This document shows positions 23,801 through 31,582 of a stretch of 32,446 nucleotides of DNA, in pieces. The position numbers and the translations under genes were made by a program. Positions within the stretch are counted from its first letter, which is position 1; each line of letters opens with the position of its first letter. The notes beneath the pieces were generated by a model. That model searched no databases, was not told the DNA's origin, and saw nothing but the letters and a program-made list of their open reading frames with translations. Origin of the DNA: Callorhinchus milii (taxonomy: Eukaryota); contig NW_024705598.1 of assembly GCF_018977255.1 (NCBI RefSeq), positions 1 through 32,446 on the forward strand. The letters run 5' to 3'.

Positions 23801-26800
23801 CATGGAATATGCTTCTCAGGGTGAATAGTAGAGCCCGTCAGTTAGCGCGCATACCGATCCATGTCGCCTTAACATTCTAAGGATCAACACCGCGTTTACT
23901 GGTTTACCGGTAAATAGGCTCCCTTACTCTGCGGCCACATGAAGCATTGGGGCCCGGCATCCGGACTGGAGTTCTGTTCTAAACATCATTGTCCTTCTTG
24001 ATTTCCGACGGACTTAGTAATCATGCTCCAATTGCGTGAAGAAGTCATGGGGAGCTGGTTCCCATAGAGGTCTGTGAAAAAGCTCGATGAGCTTAGATAT
24101 TAATGGTTCATGTTGTTAAACATCTGCATAACCACGAGTTTCTCAAGACGGTTCTATCGATCTAAAATAGGTTCTTTGGTCTTTTTCCACACCCAGAGAG
24201 GACCCGGTCAGACCCAATAGCGAGACTTTATTTAGGCTTGTTGGAAGTCCCGGCTAGCAGACCCGAGTGGGCAGATGCGGTGCACGAGGAAATGCGTGTC
24301 CCATCAAATAGCTATCGGCGTCAACTTATTTGCCTGCCCATTGGGTTAGAGCATTACCCCTTGTCACCTGACTCTTGCGAAGGAAAACTCCGTTTTTAGA
24401 CTTCGGGGATCAGAATAACCCAGATGCGTACGAGAGCCAATTGGCCCTGGACAGCCGGGCAAATGCGTTGGAGTCTATGCTTTGGCAGGTTAACACAGCT
24501 GAAGTTTGGACATTGATTTAGAACCCCCCTCCCTAATAACTTTTAAACTGTCCTACGCCCTGTAACGGGACCACAAGACACCATAGGATGAGTTGTCTTA
24601 AATAATGTTTAAATGGATGCAGGCCTGAACATTTCAGTGCGTAAACGTTTCCGAGGATGCACTCATATGTCCCGACTGAAGGTGCCCTCACGTCTAGCAG
24701 CGATATTGGCCACGTATAGTATCAAACACCGAATGGCAGTAACTATAAGGTGGGCTATTTGTCCTCCGAGGGCGTGGGGCCAGTTTCAGATCTCGATTCA
24801 GAAACCGTTCGATTTATGAAGACGTGGCTCACCCCCGTACTGCGCCCTACCGCAGCAATAAACTTACAAACCGTTACCATCGGTCAGTGACCATAAATTC
24901 AGCTTTTTAATGACGTCGGGTATAGGTGTTGTTGTCATATGTTGAGATCAAAGCCTGCAAAACCGAACAGGCCATCAAGGAACTGAAACGGTTGTACACA
25001 TGTCGTCCCCCTAGGGTGCATGTGTCTTTATAAAGTACGATTTGCCTAGCCGCCCCGAATGCGCGGTGACAACACCTCCCGACCAGGATAGTCTTTCGGT
25101 TTTAGCTCCTTAGTTGGAAAGTAGCGTGGAAGCCATAATACGGGTTGCAGAAGTGTACAAAGCATATGACACGAGGAGAAAAGTAGCGGGATAAACGTGC
25201 AAGACTGATCAGTCACGGGTTGCTCGTTAAAGTACATACTCCAATTCCGTATGTGCGCATTTTGACATCGCCCTCTAAATTCTGCTAATGTATTGGGGCC
25301 GCCATTATGCTATGTCCGCGCGGATGTCGCCCGGATGGATGAGATAGCGCGGAGACGGTGCGTTTGTAGACGAGCTACGGTAGCCATAAATGCGTGAATT
25401 TGTGCATCGGCTCTACGTTTCGATTGTCGTTGCGCCATCTTGGTCAGTAGCCAGTCGATCTGGGAGTTACATTTCCGTACTCAGTGCGCTACTAATCTAG
25501 GACTCCAAGTAAATTTGCGTTACGAAACGGCCGCCATGACCGAACGTGGCGCGGAACTGCTTGCAGAGGGACGCTCTCGTTTCCCAGGAGGCTGGGAAGA
25601 TATTCATCATTTATTACGACGCTTCACACGCTGTGGTGTAGTTTGGTACATACTGTGCCTAACAAGGGCTGAGGCGACGAATCACTTTTCCCATCTATTG
25701 CCAGGACTTCTTAAATACCTTCTTCGAGGGGCGTTGTCGCGCTACTCTCGTCACTAGAGGCTAAAATATAGAGAACCGAGACTGTCTAGCAGGAACGGCC
25801 CAATTAATTATAATTCATGTTCCAGAGAGTATTGGTTTCTACCGAATGGGCCTGGACCCGTTGTCGCGTCCACTATTGCACGTGATATGCCGCGGTTTAC
25901 ACTTCGTTCAGGGTATGGAATTTGCTGTTTAGATGGTAACCCGGCTTTCAGGGGTTAGTTGAAGTCATACAAGCCTGATGTCATTTGAGGGGCTCACAGG
26001 TGAAAGTTACAGGCTTTGGTGACGTGCTCCGCTGCACTACACGAAGCGTTAAACACGGTTCCCTGACAATCCGCTAGGCAAGCGGAGCAATAAAGTTCTC
26101 AGATCGTTTGATTGGTGTCGCTGCGTAACCTACGTTGCGGCGGGACATGCCTCCGTAGCTCAAAACGTCTTTCCGAGGGCTTGGTATGTAGTTAACTCCG
26201 GTGTCTTCGAGTGTCAGCAGGAGGTACGGTGAATAGTAGCGCGGTTTCAGTTGACTATCCCGTCGGTAGATGCTGGTTCGGGAAAGTATACCCTTCTCGG
26301 AGGACAGGGTAGGTCATGCACGTATATATGTTACCACTTGGTAGGACTCGAGATAATCCAGGTACTTGGAGGAAGTACAGTCGCTTAGCCACCCCCGAGC
26401 CGCGCTACGATGCTGACGGACTTCTAAATTAACCCTGGGGGGATAGAGTATCGTCATTGATACTCGCCTATTTATTTAGTCTGTCAAAGATATGACCAGA
26501 TCATCCGATGATGGTGGACCCACCAGCATCATGCTGGGCTTCTAATCTAGCCAAGGGATTAATTAGCAATGGAATGCACGATCGATACGGCTACTTTGAA
26601 GATGACCCAGGTTTTTTGCCAGGTTCTCCTACCCCTCCAGTTTAGCAGCCCTTTTTGGAAAAATGCCAAAGAGACGGGTTTATACGCTAACAAGAGCTAT
26701 CTTTCGAAGGAGAGGGAGCGACTAGGAAGGGTCCCAATGCATAAACCAAACCAGCAGTACTGTTATATATGCTCTGCGGTGGAATGAGCGATTAACATTC

Positions 26801-27884
26801 TACTAGACAAACGTAGTTTTGGAGATCGACCTCAAACTTGAGGCATAAGCCCAAATGCCGGCGGGTGGCGTTGTTAAAAGATCTACATAAAACTGTGAAC
26901 TTTGGATGTTCTGATGCGGGTCGATGTATAGATCGTGCGATTGAACTAAGTGCAGGACTGTTTCGGTCCATAGACCATGGGATCAACGGTCCCCTTATCA
27001 CCAGAGGGCCGACGGCACATACTCGCGAAGTATTTTATGATCGTAGGATGCTCGAGTTAGGGGTAACTGACCCGAAATGTCAGACCGGTTCTGCGAAGAG
27101 TTTAGGAACGTACAGCACACAGCTCACTTAGGAAGTCCGGCGCGGGTCAGTTAACACTATCTGCCACAAGATGCAGAGCTTGCTCTGAAGGAACGATTGG
27201 ACGTAAGTTTGGCGGGCAAAGGCCAATGGACATGATTCTTCGTCAGCCGCACGTTTCCCGCATAGGTAAACTCTTAGCACTCTTCGCCTTCCAGACGTTC
27301 CACTTGGGGGACGGATCCAGTCTACTTCTTGCAAGACTCACGTCGCCTGTCTTTTGTCGACTCAGTGCGTTATCTTATACTCCCGGTCGGTCCCAGAGAC
27401 CGAATAGATTCTGGGAAGTCGAGGTGGCGAACCAGTGGACCGCCACCCCTAGACGTGCCGATCTCAGTAGGAAGACCGTTATGTCCGTTATGCTACTAGC
27501 GCCATAATTCCGCTATGCATGAGGACTGTGTAGCGCCAGCGCCGTGAGCAAGGTTGGATATATTCTCGGCTCGTCGGTGACTATTCGTCTGCAAAATTTC
27601 ATCTACTATTAGAAAATCCGGGTACAGGAGGAGCGGAGAAAGCAGAGTTGTCAGCACGTGGGCTGCCGTGGTTCGCCATCATCGTCCTCCCCTCTTCGTC
27701 GTCCTCTCTATTTGGCGATTCTCTACGCTTGCTCCAAAGGGTCGCAAGAGGAGAGATTTGGAGCAGGAGGAGGAGGAGGAGAGGCGGCTTGTCGCGAGCG
27801 TGGACGCTGACCGTGCGCTGCTGCCGCTGCTGCTGTCCAGAGCCCCACGCAGCGCAGCCGCTGGCCGAGTTGTACGGCCGGTGA
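206..27884 (+). CDS. BCAM: Multi-exon Ig-superfamily cell adhesion gene, BCAM(Lutheran)/MCAM/ALCAM family (5' exons lie upstream of the window)
   Basis: AG/GT-bounded GC-rich exons at 206-418, 1803-1881, 2195-2278, 2793-2975, 3381-3507 and 4210-4369; weaker candidates at 16982-17131, ~18649-18990 and 19216-19372; TM exon ~27628-27884. Motifs DERDFVC..AGA.GVAEATASVRVF, EGDTVVLRC.ADG.P.P and LTL..VTRG.SGTYGCRV match human BCAM as I recall it. Orthology within the family is not established. Several single-base frameshifts. Confidence 0.75.
505..591. repeat. (ACTAT/ACACT)n degenerate simple repeat
   Basis: Directly visible actatacactac units. Confidence 0.95.
665..705 (-). ncRNA. Hammerhead ribozyme motif with a mutated core (CTGATGG)
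   Basis: Reverse complement reads cac CTGATGG c ggagac-ttctgtt-gcctcc GAAACGTC gtg. Confidence 0.7.
1107..1147 (+). ncRNA. Minimal type I hammerhead ribozyme (intact core)
   Basis: cac CTGATGA c ggagac-ttgtgtt-gcctcc GAAA CG TC gtg. Helix I cac/gtg, palindromic ACGT helix III, predicted cleavage after C1144. Confidence 0.85.
1257..1660. repeat. (ACTAT/ACACT)n degenerate simple repeat
   Basis: Directly visible. Confidence 0.95.
1803..1881 (+). CDS. BCAM-like exon: start of Ig domain 2
   Basis: Polypyrimidine tract plus cccag| acceptor; aag|gtgagc donor. Reads (S)APTVAVVATQMPVMLTQQQQQQ. The phase into the next exon requires one indel. Confidence 0.6.
2195..2278 (+). CDS. BCAM-like exon: Ig domain 2 B-C strands
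   Basis: ctgcag|ATC acceptor, G|gtaggt donor. Reads IGECYVHNAYPEP, frameshift, LVTWYKASLPLWPSP (C..N.YP.P.VTWYK Ig motif). Confidence 0.8.
2349..2619. repeat. (GTATA/TAGTG)n simple repeat, reverse complement of the 505/1257 arrays
   Basis: Directly visible. Confidence 0.95.
2793..2975 (+). CDS. BCAM-like exon: Ig domain 2 C-terminal half
   Basis: ccag|AC acceptor, T|gtgggt donor. Uninterrupted DVKVTRKVVTEAHGTFAVMSVLRYRMRWWDARAGYRCVVDYAVPGGRSESVASETIHVEVH (D...Y.C motif). Confidence 0.85.
3381..3507 (+). CDS. BCAM-like exon: Ig domain 3 N-terminal half
   Basis: cgtag|AT acceptor, CGG|gtgaga donor. Reads YTPRGRVALILESHREAAVTEGDTVVLRCYADGFPLP, frameshift, EVDFYR. Confidence 0.85.
3533..3955. 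repeat. (GAT/GAC)n mixed trinucleotide array
   Basis: Directly visible. Confidence 0.95.
4210..4369 (+). CDS. BCAM: BCAM-like exon: Ig domain 3 C-terminal half
   Basis: catcag|AGC acceptor, CAC T|gtgagc donor. Reads SSPTRVDYGHAAAGDTLTLPAVTRGHSGTYGCRVRSGGGARGPLSSSVDLLVH, with no frameshift. Confidence 0.85.
5232..6882 (+). pseudogene. Tx1 ORF1 (gag-like, CCHC knuckle, acidic C-terminus), frameshifted
   Basis: MSTRPVTTYAKATAP start; SNVPPYI motif; RHVLSFRRQVYML; CNLCK..HVKKHCP; ends at TAA 6880-6882. Confidence 0.85.
6882..10692 (+). pseudogene. Tx1 ORF2 (APE endonuclease, reverse transcriptase, C-terminal Zn finger), multiply frameshifted
   Basis: LRIAAININGCR, FVQETH, LINIYTP, ILGGDFNC, KSPGIDGL, LIPKKGD, WRPVSVLSTDYKILAK, DQEKAFDRVDH, GIRQGCPMSG, AYADD (~8897-8911) and CGFCGELETVAHQYIHC, spread across frames. 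Confidence 0.92.
10920..13104 (+). mobile_element. Tx1 copy 2: 5' UTR plus ORF1, internally deleted and 3'-truncated 16 nt into ORF2
   Basis: Colinear with 4520-6897. A jump at ~11622 removes the ORF1 start. ORF 12047-12874 is the acidic ORF1 region. Homology stops after ATGCTGCGGATAGCGG. Confidence 0.9.
13219..13947 (-). mobile_element. Solo LTR (4-bp TSD, Gypsy-like)
   Basis: TG...CA termini (TGAAG...CTACA), TSD TATG at 13215-13218 and 13948-13951. On the minus strand: TATAAA (13630-13635) preceded by several CCAATCA boxes (13.70-13.90 kb), and AATAAA (13265-13270). Confidence 0.8.
13334..13503. repeat. ~43-bp tandem repeat x4 inside the solo LTR
   Basis: Units ctcgtgtagaccctatgcctctggctacacac.atacact start at ~13334, 13377, 13419 and 13462. 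Confidence 0.85.
14391..14640 (+). mobile_element. Tx1 3'-end fragment (end of ORF2, 3' UTR, A-tail)
   Basis: Matches ~10640-10859 (atctggtgatgggtttttgagggtgattt...tctgatcgtt-A9); flanked by GGGA tracts. Confidence 0.85.
14862..15452. mobile_element. Penelope-like pLTR cluster (subfamily B): two minus-strand copies plus an inverted plus-strand arm
   Basis: aaagcttctttcgtgactgcagggattcatcttcttggttctttcggtaaagtcacgtagaaggg at ~14864 and ~15031; its reverse complement ends at ~15450; hammerhead at 15139-15179. Confidence 0.75.
15139..15179 (-). ncRNA. Minimal type I hammerhead ribozyme (intact core)
   Basis: Reverse complement reads cac CTGAGGA c ggctgc-ttgcgtt-gtggcc GAAACGTC gtg. Confidence 0.85.
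15455..16918. repeat. (GTT/GTC)n mixed trinucleotide array, ~1.46 kb
   Basis: Directly visible. Confidence 0.97.
16982..17131 (+). CDS. Putative degenerate exon (start of Ig domain 4)
   Basis: GC-rich unique island between microsatellites; ccaag|AC acceptor, phase-compatible with the 4369 donor (gives Y), and cag|gtaacg donor. Reads YAHHGKPNSTVAATT..AGETLLVL. Ig motif weak. Confidence 0.4.
17198..17362. repeat. C-rich (CCACCC/CCCT)n low-complexity tract
   Basis: Directly visible; a related tract with ccaccgtgacc units lies at 17686-17822. Confidence 0.9.
17958..18567. repeat. (GGT/GGC/GAC)n mixed trinucleotide array
   Basis: Directly visible. Confidence 0.95.
18649..18990 (+). CDS. Putative Ig-domain exon interrupted by a hAT MITE
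   Basis: ctacag| acceptor. After removing the MITE and one TSD it reads ...SCLWAFDTWPGLNVHVAWHK (Cys...W spacing of Ig B-C strands). Confidence 0.4.
18711..18912. mobile_element. hAT-superfamily MITE
   Basis: TIRs CAGAGGTCGCAAACGGG / CCCGGTTGCGACCTCTG (16/17 match), perfect 8-bp TSD CTGTGGGC (18703-18710 and 18913-18920), internal TACCCG subterminal repeats. Confidence 0.9.
19216..19372 (+). CDS. Putative exon, C-terminal half of the last Ig domain
   Basis: cgtag| acceptor, GAA G|gtcact donor. Reads GGESAEPDAGRLPG...TAIATVTL...GLGRSRSVKVAAE with frameshifts. Confidence 0.45.
19375..20858. repeat. (CT/CTCA/CTCG)n pyrimidine-rich array, ~1.5 kb
   Basis: Directly visible. Confidence 0.97.
20859..22056 (+). 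mobile_element. 5' part of a second Tx1-clade retrotransposon family
   Basis: T-rich 5' UTR followed by an open ORF1 that runs into the N-gap. Confidence 0.85.
21299..22056 (+). CDS. Tx1 ORF1 (gag-like) with CCHC knuckle and poly-Q, truncated by the gap
   Basis: LTRRNG..., PLASPAVRVLLSGTPPYLSN...RFG, RQVFMVL and CYGCGKPGHARRNC; uninterrupted frame. Confidence 0.88.
22057..22086. other. Assembly gap (30 N)
   Basis: Run of n. Confidence 1.
27628..27884 (+). CDS. Transmembrane/cytoplasmic exon of the BCAM-like gene (frameshifted)
   Basis: Acceptor acag| at 27627 or gcag| at 27645, both phase-compatible with the 19372 donor. Joining frames gives ELSARGLPWFAIIVLP-LFVVLSI-LAILYACSKG-RKRRDLEQEEEE: a hydrophobic helix followed by a basic stop-transfer segment. 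Confidence 0.65.
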
Positions 27885-28167
27885 CGAGGTGGCGGTGGTG
27901 CCGACGGCCTGTCACGGTCACGAGGTGGCGGTGGTGCCGACGGCCTGTCGCGGTGACGAGGTGGCGGTGGTGCCGACGGCCTGTCGCGGTGACGAGGTGG
28001 CGGTGGTGCCGACGGCCTGTCACGGTCACGAGTGGCGGTGGTGCCGACGGCTTGTCGTGGTGACGAGGTGGTGGTGATGTAGGACGACCTGTCGTGGTCA
28101 CGAGGTGGCGGTGGTGCCGACGGCTTGTCGCGGTGACGAGGTGGTGGTGTAGGATGACCTGTCGCGG
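27881..28167. repeat. 36-bp GC-rich minisatellite, ~8 copies
   Basis: Unit gtgacgaggtggcggtggtgccgacggcctgtc(a/g)cg at 27881, 27917, 27953, 27989, 28025 and onward. Confidence 0.92.
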
Positions 28168-28214
28168 TCTCAACGACGACACGGAGCTGTGTGAGGCAGC
28201 CCGCAGGCGGGATC

Positions 28215-29172
28215 ATCCTCACCATCACCACCATCACCACCGTCGTCACCACCACCATCATCACCATCACCACCACCATCATCACCATCACCACCACCAT
28301 CATCACCAACCATCATCACCATCACCACCATCATCACCACCATCACCATCATCACCACCATCATCATCACCATCACCACCATCATCACCACCACCACCAT
28401 CATCACCACCACCACCATCATCATCACCACCACCATCATCATCATCATCACCACCACCACCATCATCATCATCACCACCATCATTATCACCACCATCATC
28501 ATCATCACCATCACCACCACCACCATCATCATCACCACCATCACCCACCACCACCATCATCACATCACACCATCATCATCATCACCACCACCATCGTCAC
28601 CACCATCACCACCACCACCATCATCATCACCACCACCATCATCATCATCACCATCACCATCATCACCATCATCATCATCACCATCATCATCACCACCACC
28701 ACCACCATCATCATCATCACCATCATCATCATCACCACCACCATCGTCACCACCATCATCGTCACCACCACCATCGTCCACCACCATCATCGTCACCACC
28801 ACCATCACCACCACCGTCATCAACATCACGACCATCATCACCACCACCACCACCATCGTCACCACCATCATCATCACCACCACCATCACCACCACCGTCA
28901 TCAACATCACGACCATCATCACCATCACCACCACCATCATCATCATCACCATCATCACATCACCACCACCATCGTCACCACCATCATCGTCACCACCCAT
29001 CGTCACCACCATCATCGTCACCACCACCATCACCACCACCGTCATCAACATCACGACCATCATCACCACCACCACCACCATCGTCACCACCACCATCATC
29101 ATCATCACCACCACCATCACCACCACCGTCATCAACATCACGACCATCATCACCATCACCACCATCATCACC
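28215..29172. repeat. (CAT/CAC)n mixed trinucleotide array
   Basis: Directly visible. Confidence 0.97.
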
Positions 29173-29237
29173 ATGTGTCTTTTGTGTTTGAGCTCAGATC
29201 GAACACGGATCGAGCCTTGACATTCAATTGAATTCAC

Positions 29238-29384
29238 CTGTCCCTGTGTCTGTCCGTGTCTGTCCCTGTGTCTGTCCCTGTGTCTGTCCCTGTGTCTGTC
29301 CTGTGTCTGTCTCTGTCCCTGTGTCTATCTCTGTCCCTGTGTCTGTCTCTGTCCCTGTGTCTGTCCCTGTCCCTGTGTCTGTGT
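29238..29384. repeat. (TCCCTGTGTCTG)n-like minisatellite
   Basis: Directly visible. Confidence 0.9.
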
Positions 29385-29420
29385 GTTCGAGCACGGATCG
29401 AGCTCGGATTGAACTGCGCC

Positions 29421-29827
29421 ATGTTTATTATACTGCTGTTTTATTTGTGCCAACACATATGAACTTTCACGTGTTTATTATACTGCTCTTTTATTTGTGT
29501 CAACACGTATGAACTGTCACGTGTTTATTATACTGCTGTTTTATTTGTGCCAACACATATGAACTTTCACGTGTTTATTATACTGCTCTTTTATTTGTGT
29601 CAACACGTATGAACTGTCACGTGTTTATTATACTGCTGTCTTGTTTGTGTCAACACGTGTGACCTGTCACGTGTTTATTATACTGCTGTCTTGTTGTGTG
29701 AACACGTGTGACCTGTCACGTGTTTATTATACTGCTGTCTTGTTTGTGTCAACACGTGTGACCTGTCACGTGTTTATTATACTGCTGTCTTGTTTGTGTC
29801 AACACGTATGAACTGTCACGTGTTTAT
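29421..29827. repeat. 50-bp tandem minisatellite, 8 copies plus a partial copy
   Basis: Unit gtgtttattatactgct.ttttatttgtgtcaacacgtatgaactgtcac at 29421, 29471, 29521, 29571, 29621, 29671, 29720, 29770 and 29820; no spacers. Confidence 0.95.
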
Positions 29828-30233
29828 TTACCGGCGTCTTATTTGTTGGAGCTCGGATCGAGCTGCGGCGTTTTGAATAAAACATTTTTCAAGTCGACAA
29901 ACAGCGTCCCCCGTCACGTGATGTCTGGATGGACAAACCGACCCCCTCCCACCTGAGCCTCTCCCCCCTTGACGCCGATTGGCTTTCTTCCGCATCGACA
30001 ATCGATCATGAACACGATAGATCATTAACACAATCGATCATTCATTCCGTCGCGGATTCGTTTCATGTCTTTGCAGCGACACTTGTCACCAACGCCGCCG
30101 GGTTCATGCGGCGAAGGCCGTGAGATTCTTTCAAAACTAAACTCTAAACTAAATCTTCTTGGTTATTTCGGTGAAGTCACGTAGAAGGGAAGTAATAAAA
30201 TAATAAAAATAAAACATAATAAAATACAATTCT

Positions 30234-30274
30234 CACGACGTTTCGGCCACAACGCAAGCAGCCGTCCTCAGGTG
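30234..30274 (-). ncRNA. Minimal type I hammerhead ribozyme (intact core)
   Basis: Identical to the 15139-15179 motif. Confidence 0.85.
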
Positions 30275-30329
30275 AAGAACAGGTCTGTCGGGGAGACAGC
30301 GACTGAATGAAACATTCAGACCTGTTCTT

Positions 30330-30370
30330 CACCTGAGGACGGCTGCTTGCGTTGTGGCCGAAACGTCGTG
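30330..30370 (+). ncRNA. Minimal type I hammerhead ribozyme (intact core)
   Basis: cac CTGAGGA c ggctgc-ttgcgtt-gtggcc GAAA CG TC gtg. Helix I extends as ttcttcac/gtgagaa; predicted cleavage after C30367. Confidence 0.88.
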
Positions 30371-30466
30371 AGAATTATTTTATTTTGTTTTATTTTTATT
30401 ATTTATTATTTCCCTTCTACGTGACTTTACCGAAAGAACCAATATAAACTCAATTTTTTATTTTGA

Positions 30467-30745
30467 TTTAAAGCTTTCGTGACTGCAGGGATTCATCTTC
30501 TTGGTTCTTTCGGTAAAGTCACGTAGAAGGGAAATAATAAAACAATAAAAATAAAAACAAAAACATTTCTCACGACGTTTCGACTGCAACACAAGCAACC
30601 AGCACCAGGTGTGAAATCCACAGCAAGAAAATTTGAAAAAAGTGGATTTCACACCTGATGATGATTGCTTGTGTTGCGGAATTTTTATTGTTTTTATATT
30701 ATTTTATTATTTCCCTTCTACGTGACTTTACCGAAAGAACCAAGA
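30467..30745. mobile_element. Penelope-like pLTR inverted pair (subfamily C), hammerheads damaged
   Basis: The minus arm has a CTGGTGC core (30571-30611). The plus arm reads cacCTGATGAtgattgcttgtgttgc (30652-30677) and lacks GAAACGTC. Confidence 0.72.
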
Positions 30746-30747
30746 AT

Positions 30748-30850
30748 AACTCTACTAACCCCAGAGGGAAAATGGACTGAGTCAATCCCCAATCAGGATT
30801 TGAATTTCACGACCTTGAGATTGAGAGCTGATCCCTCTACCGCTGAAGCC
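30748..30850 (-). mobile_element. tRNA-derived SINE 5' fragment
   Basis: Reverse complement reads GGCTTCAGCGGTAGA (A-box-like)...GAAATTCAAATCC (B-box-like), followed by GACTCAGTCCATTTTCCCTCTGGGG, which resembles a conserved SINE central domain (Meta-type, from recall). Confidence 0.55.
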
Positions 30851-30917
30851 TGCATCTGAAGGAAATCACCCATTAATTTCATATGAATGTTCACAAATGA
30901 ACATAGTAAAAATATCG

Positions 30918-31394
30918 ATTTAAAGCTTTCGTGACTGCAGGGATTCATCTTCTTGGTTCTTTCGGTAAAGTCACGTAGAAGGGAAGTAATAATTTTATTA
31001 TGTTTTATTTATTTTTATTATTTTATTACTTCCCTTCTACGTGACTTTACCGAAAGAACCAAGAAGAAAAATTCTCAGATAGTTTAGTTAAATAGTTTAA
31101 TTTAATAATTTAATTTACCTTTTTTCAAAAGTTTAATATAATATTCTTGTTTCTTTCGGTAAAGTCACGTAGAAGGGAAACAAAATAATAAAAATATAAA
31201 ACAAATACAATTCTCAGATAGTTTAGTTAAATAGTTTAATTTAATAATTTAATTTACCTTTTTCAAAGTTTAATATAATATTCTTGTTTCTTTCGGTAAA
31301 GTAACGTAGAAGGGAAACAAAATAATAAAAATATAAAGCAATGCAATTCCCACGACGTTTCGACTGCAACACAAGCAATCATCACCACCAGGTG
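30918..31394. mobile_element. Further pLTR fragments: short inverted pair 30918-31066, ~138-bp tandem duplication 31069-31337, degenerate minus-strand hammerhead 31351-31394
   Basis: Repeated tcttggttctttcggtaaagtcacgtagaaggg and its reverse complement; cacgacgtttcgactgcaacacaagcaatc. Confidence 0.72.
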
Positions 31395-31582
31395 TGACAT
31401 CGCTGTCCGTGGTGCTGACGTTGAGATAAAACCGCCACTTTCAAATCGTCCTGCCGTGTGTCTGGCGTCGTGAGAGAGAGAGACGGTAAAGATGACCACA
31501 CGATGCCCCCAGATATCTTCCATGGTAGGTTGGCAGTCACCCTGACAGGCAATAACCTCGTTCAGTAATGATACAATAATTA

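Larger units (their letters stand above)
30154..30441. mobile_element. Penelope-like pLTR inverted pair (subfamily B)
   Basis: Arms ~30154-30287 and ~30317-30441 are reverse complements, each with an intact hammerhead. Confidence 0.8.

Noticed and set aside
22229..27598. Short ORFs (63-105 aa) and small hairpins such as ccagcat-c-atgctgg
   Set aside because: Number and size are as expected in random sequence; no motifs.
28094..29237. Poly-His/Pro ORFs (also 3466-4527, 17913-18637 and 1193-1885)
   Set aside because: Simple-repeat translations with no domain content beyond the exons already called.
29421..29827. CRISPR-like periodic array (also 13334-13503)
   Set aside because: Head-to-tail repeats without unique spacers; eukaryotic context; no cas genes.
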